Positions 1-8,373 of a DNA stretch of 35,677 nucleotides are shown here, one piece after another (the stretch's first letter is position 1; every line of letters starts with the position of its first letter). The notes below the pieces were generated by a model, which saw nothing but the letters and a program-made list of their open reading frames with translations, ran no database searches and was not told the DNA's origin. The stretch comes from Thermoplasmata archaeon (lineage in GTDB: Archaea; Thermoplasmatota; JAKEGO01): assembly GCA_022615805.1 (NCBI GenBank), contig JAKEGO010000020.1:1-35677 (forward strand), in the 5' to 3' direction. Made by a program: the position numbers and the translations under genes.

Positions 1-1759
1 CGATGCGGTCGTAGTCAGCCTCGTTCCTGAAGGTCAGCGGGAGGATCCCGAAGTTGATCAGGTTGTCCGTGTGTATCCTCTCGAAGGACTTGGCGATGAC
101 GGCCTTCACGCCCATGAACATGGGGCACAGCGCCGCGTGTTCCCTCGAGGAGCCCTGGCCGTAGGAGACCCCGCTCACGATGACGTTGTGTTTGCCGGAA
201 TCCCTGACCTCCTTCGCCCGCTCGTAGAACTTCGGATCGACGACCTCGAACAGGTATTTGGAGTACTCCGGCACGTTCGACCGGAACTTCATCCGGGCTC
301 CCGCCGGGATGATGTGGTCCGTCGTGATCTTGTCCCCGACCTTGATCGTGGCCTTGCCCCTTATCGAATCGGGCATCCGGTCGTTGCGCGGGGGGTCGCC
401 GATGTTGGGTCCCCGGAGGATCTTCACGGAGGCGGGGTCCTTCGGCGGCGGGATCACCATCGAGTCGTCGACGAGGAACCTCGCGGGCATTCGCACCTTC
501 GGGTACTCCATGCCGAGGTCCCTCGGGTCGGTGATCCTGCCAGTTATCACGGCGGCGGCCGCCGTTTCCGGGCTGACCAAGTAGGCCTGAGCGTCCTTCG
601 TGCCTGACCTCCCCTCGAAGTTCCGGTTGGATGTCCTGAGGGAGACGCCGGTCGACTGCGGCGACTGGCTGTTCCCGATGCAGAAACCGCAGGCGTTCTC
701 CGCCACGCGGACGCCGCACGCCAGCAGGTCCGAGAGCGCGCCGTTCTCGGCGATCATCTGCAGCACCTGCTTTGAGCCGGGCGCCATCACGAAGCTGACA
801 CCGGGGTGGCACCTTCTCCCCTTGAGGACCTTGGCGATGACCATCAGGTCGCGGTACGACGAGTTGGTGCAAGACCCGACGCAGACCTGGTTGACCTCCT
901 TCCCTGCCAGAGACCGGACGGTCGCGATGTTGCCGGGGCTATGTGGAGTGGCTGCGAGGGGTTCGATGCTGGAGAGGTCGATCTTGACGACCCTTGAGTA
1001 CTCCGCGTCCGGGTCGGCGCCGAGCTCGACCCAGTCGGACTCCCGGCCCTGCGCCTCGAGGAACCGGTGGGTCACCTCGTCGGATGGGAAGATCGAGGTC
1101 GTGACACCGCACTCGGCACCCATGTTCGTGATCGTGGCGCGCTCGGGCACCGACAGCGTCTTGACGCCGGCGCCAGCGTACTCGAACACGCATCCGACGT
1201 TGCCCTTGGTGGTGAACGTCTCGAGGACCTTCAGGATGACGTCCTTCGCGCTGCACCATGGCTTCAGCCTTCCCTTGAGATGGACCTTGATCACCTGGGG
1301 GCACGTGAGGTAGAACGGCGAGCCGCCCATGGCCAGGGCGACATCCAGGCCCCCCGCGCCGATGGCGATCATGCCTATTCCGCCGCCCGTGGGAGTGTGG
1401 CTGTCGCTCCCCAGCAGCGTCCGTCCGGGACGTCCGAACCTCTCGAGGTGGACCTGGTGACAGATGCCGTTGCCCGCCCGGGAGTAGTGTATCCCGTACT
1501 TGGCGGCCACGGATTGTAGGTACCTGTGGGCGTCCGCGTTCTCGAAACCTATCTGGACCGTGTTGTGGTCCACGTAGCTCACCGACAGCTCGGTCTTGAC
1601 GCGCTGTATCCCCATGGCCTCGAACTGAAGGTAGGCCATGGTGCCCGTGGCGTCCTGGGTCAGGGACTGGTCTATCCTGATCCCTATCTCGCTGCCGGGG
1701 ACGTACTCGCCGCTGACAAGGTGCTCTTCCAGTATCTTCTGCGTCAGGCTTTTGCCCAT
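1..1759 (-). CDS. acn: Aconitate hydratase (aconitase family). N-terminal ~586 codons are present; the C-terminus runs off the window at position 1
   Basis: Absent from the supplied ORF track because there is no stop codon inside the window. My own translation of the minus strand from the ATG at 1759 gives an uninterrupted frame beginning MGKSLTQKILEEHLVSGEYVPGSEIGIRIDQSLTQDATG. Aconitase hallmarks are present: GSDSHT, VGSCTNSS, ACGFCIGN, NRNFEGRSG, SYGQGSSREHAA. Confidence 0.9.
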   Translation of the reverse strand, partial: MGKSLTQKILEEHLVSGEYVPGSEIGIRIDQSLTQDATGTMAYLQFEAMGIQRVKTELSVSYVDHNTVQIGFENADAHRYLQSVAAKYGIHYSRAGNGICHQVHLERFGRPGRTLLGSDSHTPTGGGIGMIAIGAGGLDVALAMGGSPFYLTCPQVIKVHLKGRLKPWCSAKDVILKVLETFTTKGNVGCVFEYAGAGVKTLSVPERATITNMGAECGVTTSIFPSDEVTHRFLEAQGRESDWVELGADPDAEYSRVVKIDLSSIEPLAATPHSPGNIATVRSLAGKEVNQVCVGSCTNSSYRDLMVIAKVLKGRRCHPGVSFVMAPGSKQVLQMIAENGALSDLLACGVRVAENACGFCIGNSQSPQSTGVSLRTSNRNFEGRSGTKDAQAYLVSPETAAAAVITGRITDPRDLGMEYPKVRMPARFLVDDSMVIPPPKDPASVKILRGPNIGDPPRNDRMPDSIRGKATIKVGDKITTDHIIPAGARMKFRSNVPEYSKYLFEVVDPKFYERAKEVRDSGKHNVIVSGVSYGQGSSREHAALCPMFMGVKAVIAKSFERIHTDNLINFGILPLTFRNEADYDRI

Positions 1760-1842
1760 GGGATCCCCCCATCATTCGCTCTCCGGTGCCAAGTCGCGAG
1801 TGCCCACCCGGATCCCGCCCCGGGGAACGATGTGCGTGAGGC

Positions 1843-3204
1843 TCAATTCTCGAGTTCGTCGATGAAAGCGCCCGTAAGCGCGGCGAAGTCCCGGAAGTCG
1901 TCCGTCCAGTCGTACCGGGGATCGAGCTCGCGCCTGTGGAGGCGGTCGTGGCTCGAGAGGAACCGGTCCTGATGGCGCTTCCACCGCTCCTTAGACGTCA
2001 ACCTCAGGGTCCTCAGCTGGTTCGAAACGTCATACGACTCTATCCCCGCCATCGTGTCGAGGACGGACCGTCCGAAGTTCTGCGCGGCCTTCCGAGACTC
2101 GGCGAGAGCGGAGACGAGCAGGTCGTCCTTCCCGAGGGAGTAGCAGAGGTAGGTGAGGTAGAAGTTCCCCGGGAGTTCCGATCCGACGATGTTCGCGCGT
2201 ATCGACTGGTACCTGCCCGGCTCGCCCCTGATGCTGAAGAGGAAGCGGTAGAGCTCGTCCGGGTGTCCCTTCGGCAGGAGGAAGTATGTCGGTTCCACGA
2301 GGGGGACGGTCCGGGTCTTGCGGACGTTCTGCATCGTCGCGACGTTCTCGACGAGGACGTCCTTGAGGCCCTCGAAGTTGCTCGTCTCGAAGATGACGGT
2401 GATGTAGTCCTTGTCCTCCTGCTGGGATGCGTAGAGCGGCACGAGGTCCTCGGTCTCGAATCCGGGTATCCTCGCCTCTATGTCCTCCCAAAGGGCCTGA
2501 ACGTCCTTCTTCGCGAAGAGGCGGACGAAGACGGTCATGGTCGCCTTCTCCTTCATGTACGCTTCGTGTTCGGCCCTGTTGGCGATCTTGCCCCCCTCTC
2601 CAGCGGGTTTCGTCCACAGGAACCGGTCCTTGTGTGCCTGGAGCTTCGCGGGGGGCAGGAGGGGGATCGTCCGGATGACCCTCGAAATGTCGTACGACAC
2701 GACGCCCGGTATCTTCATTATGCGCTTCTCGACGAAGCCGGTCGCCGCCTCGCGGTCCTTGGCCATGACGTTCAGGATGATGTCGTCGTCGCCGAAGGAG
2801 TACGAAAGGTAGCGGGTATGGATGCCCTTCGCTGGCTTGGTCTCCAGGATCCTCTGGTAGGACGACTGGTAATGCTCGGGGGACACGCGGAGGTAGACGA
2901 GGTAGCTCACAAGATCGGTGGCATGATCCTCCGGCACCGGGAAGTATATCGGGCTCATTATCGGGATGGTCCGTGTGTCTTTGACCGTGGCCATCGTGTT
3001 GACGTTCTTCACGAATACCTTCATGACCGCGTCGAGGTTTTTCACGTCGAGGAGTATGCTGACGTACTTCTTGCCCTCCTGCGTTATCGCGTATAGCGGT
3101 TGAACGTCCTCCCAGTAGAGGTTCCTCTTCTCGGATTCTATCGCCGTGCAGAGATTCGTCAGTCCCCCCTTAGGCGAGAGCCTCACAAGTACCAGCATCT
3201 TCAA
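1843..3204 (-). CDS. Hypothetical protein with an internal tandem duplication. Each half holds two Lrp/AsnC-type RAM (ACT-like) ligand-binding domains, and there is no HTH
   Basis: 453-aa ORF. The N-half (VLVRLSPKG...PLYAITQEGKKYVSILLDVKNLDAVMKVFVKNVNTMATVKDTRTIPIM...YLSYSFGDDDIILNVMAKDREAATGFVEKRIMKIPGVVSYDISRVIRTI...HKDRFL) aligns by eye with the C-half (VFVRLFAKK...PLYASQQEDKDYITVIFETSNFEGLKDVLVENVATMQNVRKTRTVPLV...YLCYSLGKDDLLVSALAESRKAAQNFGRSVLDTMAGIESYDVSNQLRTL...HQDRFL). The codon at 3204 is TTG. The ATG at 3198, preceded by GGGGG, may be the real start. Confidence 0.75.
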   Translation of the reverse strand: MKMLVLVRLSPKGGLTNLCTAIESEKRNLYWEDVQPLYAITQEGKKYVSILLDVKNLDAVMKVFVKNVNTMATVKDTRTIPIMSPIYFPVPEDHATDLVSYLVYLRVSPEHYQSSYQRILETKPAKGIHTRYLSYSFGDDDIILNVMAKDREAATGFVEKRIMKIPGVVSYDISRVIRTIPLLPPAKLQAHKDRFLWTKPAGEGGKIANRAEHEAYMKEKATMTVFVRLFAKKDVQALWEDIEARIPGFETEDLVPLYASQQEDKDYITVIFETSNFEGLKDVLVENVATMQNVRKTRTVPLVEPTYFLLPKGHPDELYRFLFSIRGEPGRYQSIRANIVGSELPGNFYLTYLCYSLGKDDLLVSALAESRKAAQNFGRSVLDTMAGIESYDVSNQLRTLRLTSKERWKRHQDRFLSSHDRLHRRELDPRYDWTDDFRDFAALTGAFIDELEN

Positions 3205-3239
3205 TTCCCCCTTCTCGTCTCGGCGCTGTAATCGGCGGG

Positions 3240-3249
3240 TAAATATAAG
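3240..3249. promoter_or_regulatory. TATA-box-like element (TAAATATAAG) in the divergent intergenic region between the RAM-repeat gene and sucC
   Basis: It lies in an AT-rich island within otherwise GC-rich DNA. It is ~36-46 nt upstream of the minus-strand start at 3204/3198 and ~130 nt upstream of sucC. Confidence 0.35.
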
Positions 3250-3377
3250 AATCTTATCATGCTTCTGAGGGCTCTAGCCGATGTCGTTTATCGATATCGC
3301 AACGCCCGGCCCGTGGGGGATGGCGACAACGTTATGTAGGCCGCCGGCATTTTGCTGGAATAGCGTGGGGGAACGTC

Positions 3378-4544
3378 ATGAAGATACACGAATACCAGGC
3401 AAAGGAGCTGTTCCGAAGGTACGGGATCCCCGTCCCCGCGGGGGGCGTGGCATCGACCCCGGAGGAGGCACGGGCCATAGCCGAGAGAATCGGCGGAAAG
3501 GTCGTCGTAAAGGCGCAGATCCATGCGGGCGGTCGCGGGAAGGGCGGCGGGGTGAAGCTCGCGAACGGGCCCGGCGAGGCCGAAACGGCGGCCAGGGCCA
3601 TCATCGGGATGAGCCTCGTCACGCACCAGACGGGGCCCGGCGGTAAGAGGGTCCACAAGGTCCTCGTGGAGGAGGCCTCGCCGATAGCAAGGGAGCTTTA
3701 CATCGCCATCGTGCTGGACCGCGAGACGTCCCGCCTCGTGATAATCGCATCATCCGCCGGGGGGATGGACATCGAGAAGGTCGCGGCAGAGACCCCGGAC
3801 AGGATATTCAAGACGTGGGTGGACCCGGCGCTCGGCCTCATGCCGTTCCAGGCGAGGCGGGTCTGCTTCAAACTGGGGCTGTCGGGGCAGGCGTTCAAGG
3901 ACGGCGTGGACGCGGTGACGAACCTCTATCGACTGTTCGAAGGGGAGGACGCGACGCTCGCCGAGATCAATCCCTTCATCGTCAGGACCGACGGCGGCGC
4001 CATGGCCATCGACGCGAAGGTCAACCTCGACGACGACGCCGGTTTCAGGCATCCCGAACACGCCGCGTTGCGGGACCTCACCGAGGAGGAGCCCCTGGAG
4101 ACGGAGGCCAAGAGGTACGGGCTGAACTACATCAAGCTCGGTGGGTCGGTGGGGTGCATGGTCAACGGCGCAGGGCTCGCCATGGCGACGATGGACCTGA
4201 TCAAGCTCTGCGGGGCTGAGCCCGCCAACTTCCTCGACGTCGGCGGCGGCGCATCCGCCGAGGGGGTCGAGAACGCCTTCCGCATCCTCATGGCCGACCA
4301 GAACGTCCGGTGCGTCCTCATCAACATCTTCGGGGGGATCGTGCGCTGCGACCGCGTCGCGCAGGGGGTCGTGGAGGCGGTCATGAACCTGGGGGAGGTC
4401 GACGTTCCCATCGTCGTCCGCCTCGAAGGGACCAACGCCGCCGAAGGGATGCGGATCCTGAAGGGGTCCGGTCTCGACTTCCACGCCGTCGTCGGCTTCC
4501 ACGAGGCAGCGCAGAAGGCCGCGGACCTCGCGGGGGGCGATTGA
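3378..4544 (+). CDS. sucC: Succinyl-CoA synthetase (ADP/GDP-forming) beta subunit
   Basis: 388 aa beginning MKIHEYQAKELFRRYGIPVP (ATP-grasp N-terminus). Also GGRGKGGGVKL, GCMVNGAGLAMATMD and NIFGGIVRCD. The stop abuts the sucD start. Confidence 0.95.
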   Translation: MKIHEYQAKELFRRYGIPVPAGGVASTPEEARAIAERIGGKVVVKAQIHAGGRGKGGGVKLANGPGEAETAARAIIGMSLVTHQTGPGGKRVHKVLVEEASPIARELYIAIVLDRETSRLVIIASSAGGMDIEKVAAETPDRIFKTWVDPALGLMPFQARRVCFKLGLSGQAFKDGVDAVTNLYRLFEGEDATLAEINPFIVRTDGGAMAIDAKVNLDDDAGFRHPEHAALRDLTEEEPLETEAKRYGLNYIKLGGSVGCMVNGAGLAMATMDLIKLCGAEPANFLDVGGGASAEGVENAFRILMADQNVRCVLINIFGGIVRCDRVAQGVVEAVMNLGEVDVPIVVRLEGTNAAEGMRILKGSGLDFHAVVGFHEAAQKAADLAGGD

Positions 4545-5414
4545 ATGGCCGTCCTGCTGACGGAGGACACCCGGGCAATCGTCCAGGGCCTCGGGAAGGA
4601 GGGGCAGTTCCATACGGAGCGGATGCTCCAGTACGGGACGCGGATCGTGGGCGGCGTGCGCCCGGGAAAGGCGGGGGAGGAGGTCCTGGGCCTGCCGTCC
4701 TTCGACACGGTCGAGGACGCGCGGGACGGGACGGGCGCGAACGCGTCCATCATCTTCGTCCCGTCGCGCTTCGCCGCGGACGCCGTGATCGAGGCCGTGG
4801 ACGCGGAGCTCGACCTCGTCGTCCTCATCACGGAGGGCATACCCCCGCTCGACATGATACGGGTCAAGGACCGGCTGAAGCGCTCTTCGACGCGAATGAT
4901 CGGCCCTAACTGCCCCGGGATCATCACTCCCGGGGTCGGCAAGCTCGGCATCATGCCCACGGAGATCTTCGAGGCGGGCCGCTGCGGCGTGATATCGCGC
5001 TCTGGCACCCTGACGTACGAGGTAGCCGCCCAGCTGACGGCGGCGGGCATCGGACAGTCGACGTGCATGGGCATCGGGGGCGACCCTATCATCGGCACCA
5101 AGCACCGCGACGCGCTCGAGCTGTTCAACGCGGACCCCGACACCGAGATCATCGCGCTCATAGGAGAGATCGGCGGGAACGACGAAGAGCTCGCAGCAGC
5201 CTACATAGCCGATCACTGCGACAAGCCGGTGGTCGCTTTCATCGCGGGGAGCACCGCCCCACCGGGAAAGAGGATGGGGCATGCTGGAGCGATAATCGCG
5301 GGGGGCAAGGGGACCGCCGCCGAGAAGAAGGCCGCCCTGCGGGCGGCGGGCGTCACGGTCTGCGACTCGCCTGCGGCGATAGGTACCACCACGAAGAGGA
5401 CTCTCACGGGCTGA
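4545..5414 (+). CDS. sucD: Succinyl-CoA synthetase alpha subunit
   Basis: 289 aa with [44 protein letters not shown] and the phosphohistidine loop [11 protein letters not shown]. Confidence 0.95.
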   Translation: MAVLLTEDTRAIVQGLGKEGQFHTERMLQYGTRIVGGVRPGKAGEEVLGLPSFDTVEDARDGTGANASIIFVPSRFAADAVIEAVDAELDLVVLITEGIPPLDMIRVKDRLKRSSTRMIGPNCPGIITPGVGKLGIMPTEIFEAGRCGVISRSGTLTYEVAAQLTAAGIGQSTCMGIGGDPIIGTKHRDALELFNADPDTEIIALIGEIGGNDEELAAAYIADHCDKPVVAFIAGSTAPPGKRMGHAGAIIAGGKGTAAEKKAALRAAGVTVCDSPAAIGTTTKRTLTG

Positions 5415-5495
5415 GATCATCGGGTCGCGGGCCCGCTACATCGCGGCGAAGGACTGGACGGCCGCCGGCATCCGGAGTGGACACGATGAAGGGGG

Positions 5496-5798
5496 TCACT
5501 CCTCCTCTTCCTTCTCGGGGGCTTCCTCCTCGGCCTCGGGCTCGGCGGGCGCCTCTTCGCCCAGCTCCTCGGCCACCGCCGCCGCTGCCTTGGCCGCAGC
5601 GGCCGCCGCTGCGGCGTCCAGGCGCATCTGCCGGAGCTTCGCCGCCTTCAGCTCCTCCCTCTGGTGCGCGACCTCGGTCAGCGCTGCGAGCTTGATGTCC
5701 GCGCTGGCCGGTTCCCTGTTGCACCTCTTGCAGAGCCCGGCGTAATTCAGGAGCTTGCTGACGCCGCAGAGCTTGCACCTTCCAAGCGTCTTGGGCAT
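5496..5798 (-). CDS. Small zinc-ribbon protein with a poly-Ala coiled segment and an acidic tail
   Basis: 100 aa. It has CKLCG...CKRCN (CxxC-x13-CxxC), then AAAAAAAAKAAAAVAEELGEEAPAEPEAEEEAPEKEEEE. Its GC3-biased codon usage resembles that of neighbouring genes. I recognise no family. Confidence 0.5.
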   Translation of the reverse strand: MPKTLGRCKLCGVSKLLNYAGLCKRCNREPASADIKLAALTEVAHQREELKAAKLRQMRLDAAAAAAAAKAAAAVAEELGEEAPAEPEAEEEAPEKEEEE

Positions 5799-5964
5799 GA
5801 GTGTACACCACCTTGCGGCCTCGGACGTCCAGACCTCCAGGCGACCCGGAGGGCTCCGTCCCTGCCGCGCAGGTCGGTGATGTCAGGTACCGCTATTTAT
5901 AGGCATCGAGTGCCCCCCGAACCGGCATCGGGACCCGACGATAGGATTAAAGGGCAAAGCGGCG

Positions 5965-6522
5965 ATGGCCACGGGGGATGCCATGGAAACGGAGTTCAAG
6001 GGCGTCACGGTCGAGGTCGTGCGAGGGAACATCGTGGCGCAGCCGGACCTGGACGCGATCGTGAACGCTGCAAACGCCCAGCTGCGCATGGGCGGCGGCG
6101 TGGCCGGTGCGATCCACCGCGCCGCCGGCCCCGGCCTGGAGGCCGAGTGCCGGCCCCTCGCCCCCATCGGGCCTGGCGAGGCGGTCATCACCGGCGGCCA
6201 CGGGCTCCCGAACGCGCACGTGGTCCACACCCTAGGGCCCGTCTACGGGCGGGACCAACCGGAGGCCGGACTGCTGGCCGAGTGCTATCGCAATTCGCTC
6301 AGGGTCGCAGACGAGGCGGGCGTGCGCTCGATCGGCTTCCCCGCCATATCGACGGGCGTCTTCGGCTACCCGGTGGAGGAGGCGGCGGAGGTGGCGTTCA
6401 CGGCGATAAAAGAGGCCGTACCAGCGCTGAGGAACGTCAGGTCTGTTCGCATGGTGCTCTACGGGGAGCACGACCATGCGGTGCACGTCGGGGCATTCAG
6501 AAAGGTATTCGGACCGAAGTGA
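5965..6522 (+). CDS. Macro-domain protein (O-acetyl-ADP-ribose deacetylase / ADP-ribose-binding, YmdB-like)
   Basis: 185 aa with GNIVAQPDLDAIVNAANAQLRMGGGVAGAIHRAAG, HVVHTLGPVY and SIGFPAISTGVFGYP, which are typical macro-domain motifs. Confidence 0.9.
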   Translation: MATGDAMETEFKGVTVEVVRGNIVAQPDLDAIVNAANAQLRMGGGVAGAIHRAAGPGLEAECRPLAPIGPGEAVITGGHGLPNAHVVHTLGPVYGRDQPEAGLLAECYRNSLRVADEAGVRSIGFPAISTGVFGYPVEEAAEVAFTAIKEAVPALRNVRSVRMVLYGEHDHAVHVGAFRKVFGPK

Positions 6523-6611
6523 ACGAGGGGTATGGGCCGGGAGAGCAAATCAGCGAAGCGGTGAAGGACTGAGGACACGGGCGCGTCGAGCGTTCCCGGG
6601 TCCGGGGCGGC

Positions 6612-7043
6612 CTACTTCTTCGCGGCAGACTCGTCGATCTCCTTCTTCAGCCACGGCGCGATTGCCGCTCCGGTGACGAGCGCCCGATCCTCGCCGGCGA
6701 GGTCCGCCGGGCGCAGCTTCATTATCCATCCTTTGCCGTAGGGATCGGTGTTGATGAGCGTCGGATCGTCCTCCAGGGCCTCGTTGACCGCAATGACCTC
6801 GCCCGACAGCGGCGCGACGAACTTGCCGACCCACTTCGCGGACTGGATCTTCCCGCAGGTCTCGCCCTGGGAGACATCGTCGCCCTCGAAAGGGAGGTCT
6901 ATGTACGTCGTGTCGCCGGCGCTCTTCTGGTAGAAGTCGTTCATCCCGACCGTGACCGTCCCGTCTCCCTCGACCTTCACCCACGCGTGCTCCTCGTGGT
7001 AGTGCAGGTCGTCCGGCATGTCGTACCCGTGATACACACCCAT
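6612..7043 (-). CDS. gcvH: Glycine-cleavage H-protein-like lipoyl carrier protein. It is an orphan, with no gcvT or gcvP nearby
   Basis: The real start is taken as the ATG at 7043 (MGVYHGYDMPDDLHYHEEHAWVKVEG...), preceded by GAGG. The track ORF extends to 7151 through an Arg-rich leader. The lipoyl-lysine region CGKIQSAKWVGKFVAPLSGEVIAVNEAL aligns with the canonical ESVKAASDxYAPxSGEV. Confidence 0.85.
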   Translation of the reverse strand: MGVYHGYDMPDDLHYHEEHAWVKVEGDGTVTVGMNDFYQKSAGDTTYIDLPFEGDDVSQGETCGKIQSAKWVGKFVAPLSGEVIAVNEALEDDPTLINTDPYGKGWIMKLRPADLAGEDRALVTGAAIAPWLKKEIDESAAKK

Positions 7044-7084
7044 GATCTCGCCTCTGACCTCGTGATGACCTCGATGGCGGGGGC

Positions 7085-7094
7085 GATATTTACG
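7085..7094 (-). promoter_or_regulatory. TATA-like element (minus strand CGTAAATATC) upstream of the gcvH-like gene
   Basis: AT-rich motif 42-51 nt upstream of the ATG at 7043, between the glycosyltransferase stop (7141) and the gcvH start. Confidence 0.3.
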
Positions 7095-7140
7095 TTTTTC
7101 CCCTCCTCTGGCCGCCCCGGATGCCCGGCGGGGTGCGGCC

Positions 7141-8274
7141 TCATCTCCCATTCGGGGAGGCTGAATCGAGGATCGCCCTCTCGTAGGCCTCGCCCGCGTT
7201 CTCGTACGATCGGGCCTCCGCGAACGTCCTGCCGAGGCCGCCCATCCTTCGCCTCTCCTCCGGGTCCCCGAGGAGCCGGACCACCGCCTCCGCGAGAGCG
7301 CCAGGATCGCCGGGCGGGACGAGGATACCCCGGCCGTCCGCGAGCATGTCGCGGACGTTGTCGATGTCCGTCGAAACGATCGGCCGGCGCGCGGCCATGT
7401 AGTCGAGCAGCTTGAGGGGGGAGTAGAAGAACCCCCGCTCTGCCAGTGCCGGCTCGCGGGACGGGTCGAAGGGGGCCACGCAGACGTCGCACGCCGCCAG
7501 CAGCCCGGGCATCTCCGCGTAGGCCACGCGGCCGGGGAGGAGGAGCGCGTCGGGCCTCCCGGCGGCGCTCGCCGCCGCCCTGAGCCCCTTCAGGAGCGCC
7601 CTGGCCTCGGGCGTCGCGCCCTCCCCTGCGACCAGGATGGCCGCCTCGGGGACCTCCTCGAGGACCATTGGGAGCGCGGTCGCGAGGTCCTCGATGCCGT
7701 GCCACGCGAGGAGGCTGCCGGTGTAGCCGATGACGGGCCGCCCCTCCGCCCCCGGGATCGTGGCGGGGGTCGCGCCATCGAAGTGGGCGGCGTCGACGCA
7801 GTTGTGCATGAACGCTGTCTTGTGATGGTACCTCTCCGGGACGACGGCCCTCGACGAGCCGGTGATGGAGAGGATGCGCGATGCGCGTTCGAGGGAGGAA
7901 CGGTGCCACCAGCCGTCGTTCACCTCGACCACCAGGGGCAGCCGGAGCAGCGCGGCGGCCACGGCGCCGGCGCCGAGAGAGCTCTCGCGCTCGTAGATGA
8001 CGTCCGCCCGGAACGCCCGGGCAATCCGCGCCGCCCTCAACCCGTGGGTCCACCGCTGCACTGCCTGGAAGGGCCAGAGGTCCCTGTTCCGCCACCGGAA
8101 CCTGTGGACGGGCACGCCGTGCACGGGCTCTTCCCGCAGCCCGGGTCCGTCGCTGGCGCAAAGCGCGACCTCGTGGCCCCGCCGACGGAGCTCGCCGACC
8201 ACGCCCCTCACGTGGATGGACCCGCCGCACTCGCGGGGGTACGGGATGTTGGTGGCAACGACGAGTATCCGCAT
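7141..8274 (-). CDS. Glycosyltransferase, GT-B fold (family 4-like)
   Basis: It begins MRILVVATNIPYP. The C-terminal motif is GFFYSPLKLLDYMAARRPIVSTD...GILVPPGDPGALAEAV. The ATG at 8274 is preceded by GGAGG. The track start at 8292 is a TTG. Confidence 0.85.
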   Translation of the reverse strand: MRILVVATNIPYPRECGGSIHVRGVVGELRRRGHEVALCASDGPGLREEPVHGVPVHRFRWRNRDLWPFQAVQRWTHGLRAARIARAFRADVIYERESSLGAGAVAAALLRLPLVVEVNDGWWHRSSLERASRILSITGSSRAVVPERYHHKTAFMHNCVDAAHFDGATPATIPGAEGRPVIGYTGSLLAWHGIEDLATALPMVLEEVPEAAILVAGEGATPEARALLKGLRAAASAAGRPDALLLPGRVAYAEMPGLLAACDVCVAPFDPSREPALAERGFFYSPLKLLDYMAARRPIVSTDIDNVRDMLADGRGILVPPGDPGALAEAVVRLLGDPEERRRMGGLGRTFAEARSYENAGEAYERAILDSASPNGR

Positions 8275-8304
8275 CGGTCGGCCTCCGGCCAAGAGGGCTT
8301 CGGG

Positions 8305-8312
8305 ATTATTTA
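8305..8312 (-). promoter_or_regulatory. TATA-like element (minus strand GGTAAATAATC) upstream of the glycosyltransferase
   Basis: AT-rich motif ~34 nt upstream of the ATG at 8274. A short T-run on the minus strand (plus strand 8337-8340) follows the osmC stop. Confidence 0.3.
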
Positions 8313-8373
8313 CCGTTTGTCATGTCGCTAGGACCTAAAAGCGCCTGCCTTTGGGATCGCCTCAGCCGCCCTT

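Noticed and set aside
15-1775. Track ORFs 15..872(-), 71..607(+), 600..1313(+), 939..1775(-) and 1067..1519(+), all long ORFs at the left edge
   Set aside because: All are out of frame with, or antisense to, the uninterrupted aconitase frame (1759 down to 1), which carries textbook aconitase motifs. Their translations are Arg/Gly/Pro-rich with no recognisable motifs, as expected for GC-rich non-coding frames.
1760-1842. Direct repeat GGATCCC(N)CCC at about 1761 and 1811, upstream of aconitase
   Set aside because: It is short, GC-rich and likely to occur by chance. There is no AT-rich promoter context. The gap is more simply an intercistronic spacer.
1936-3096. 386-aa plus-strand ORF antisense to the RAM-repeat gene
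   Set aside because: Its composition is dominated by Arg/Leu/Val/Glu/Asp and it has no motifs. The opposite strand encodes a protein with a clear internal duplication and a domain-like pattern.
3750-5420. 556-aa and 344-aa minus-strand ORFs antisense to sucC/sucD
   Set aside because: sucC and sucD are unambiguous. The antisense translations are low-complexity and Arg/Asp/Pro-rich.
6977-8230. 417-aa minus-strand ORF and plus-strand ORFs 7699..8331 and 7997..8338 overlapping the glycosyltransferase
   Set aside because: They lie in a different frame or strand from the GT-B glycosyltransferase, which has the conserved PLKLLDYMAARRPIV region. These translations are extreme Arg/Gly/Pro repeats.
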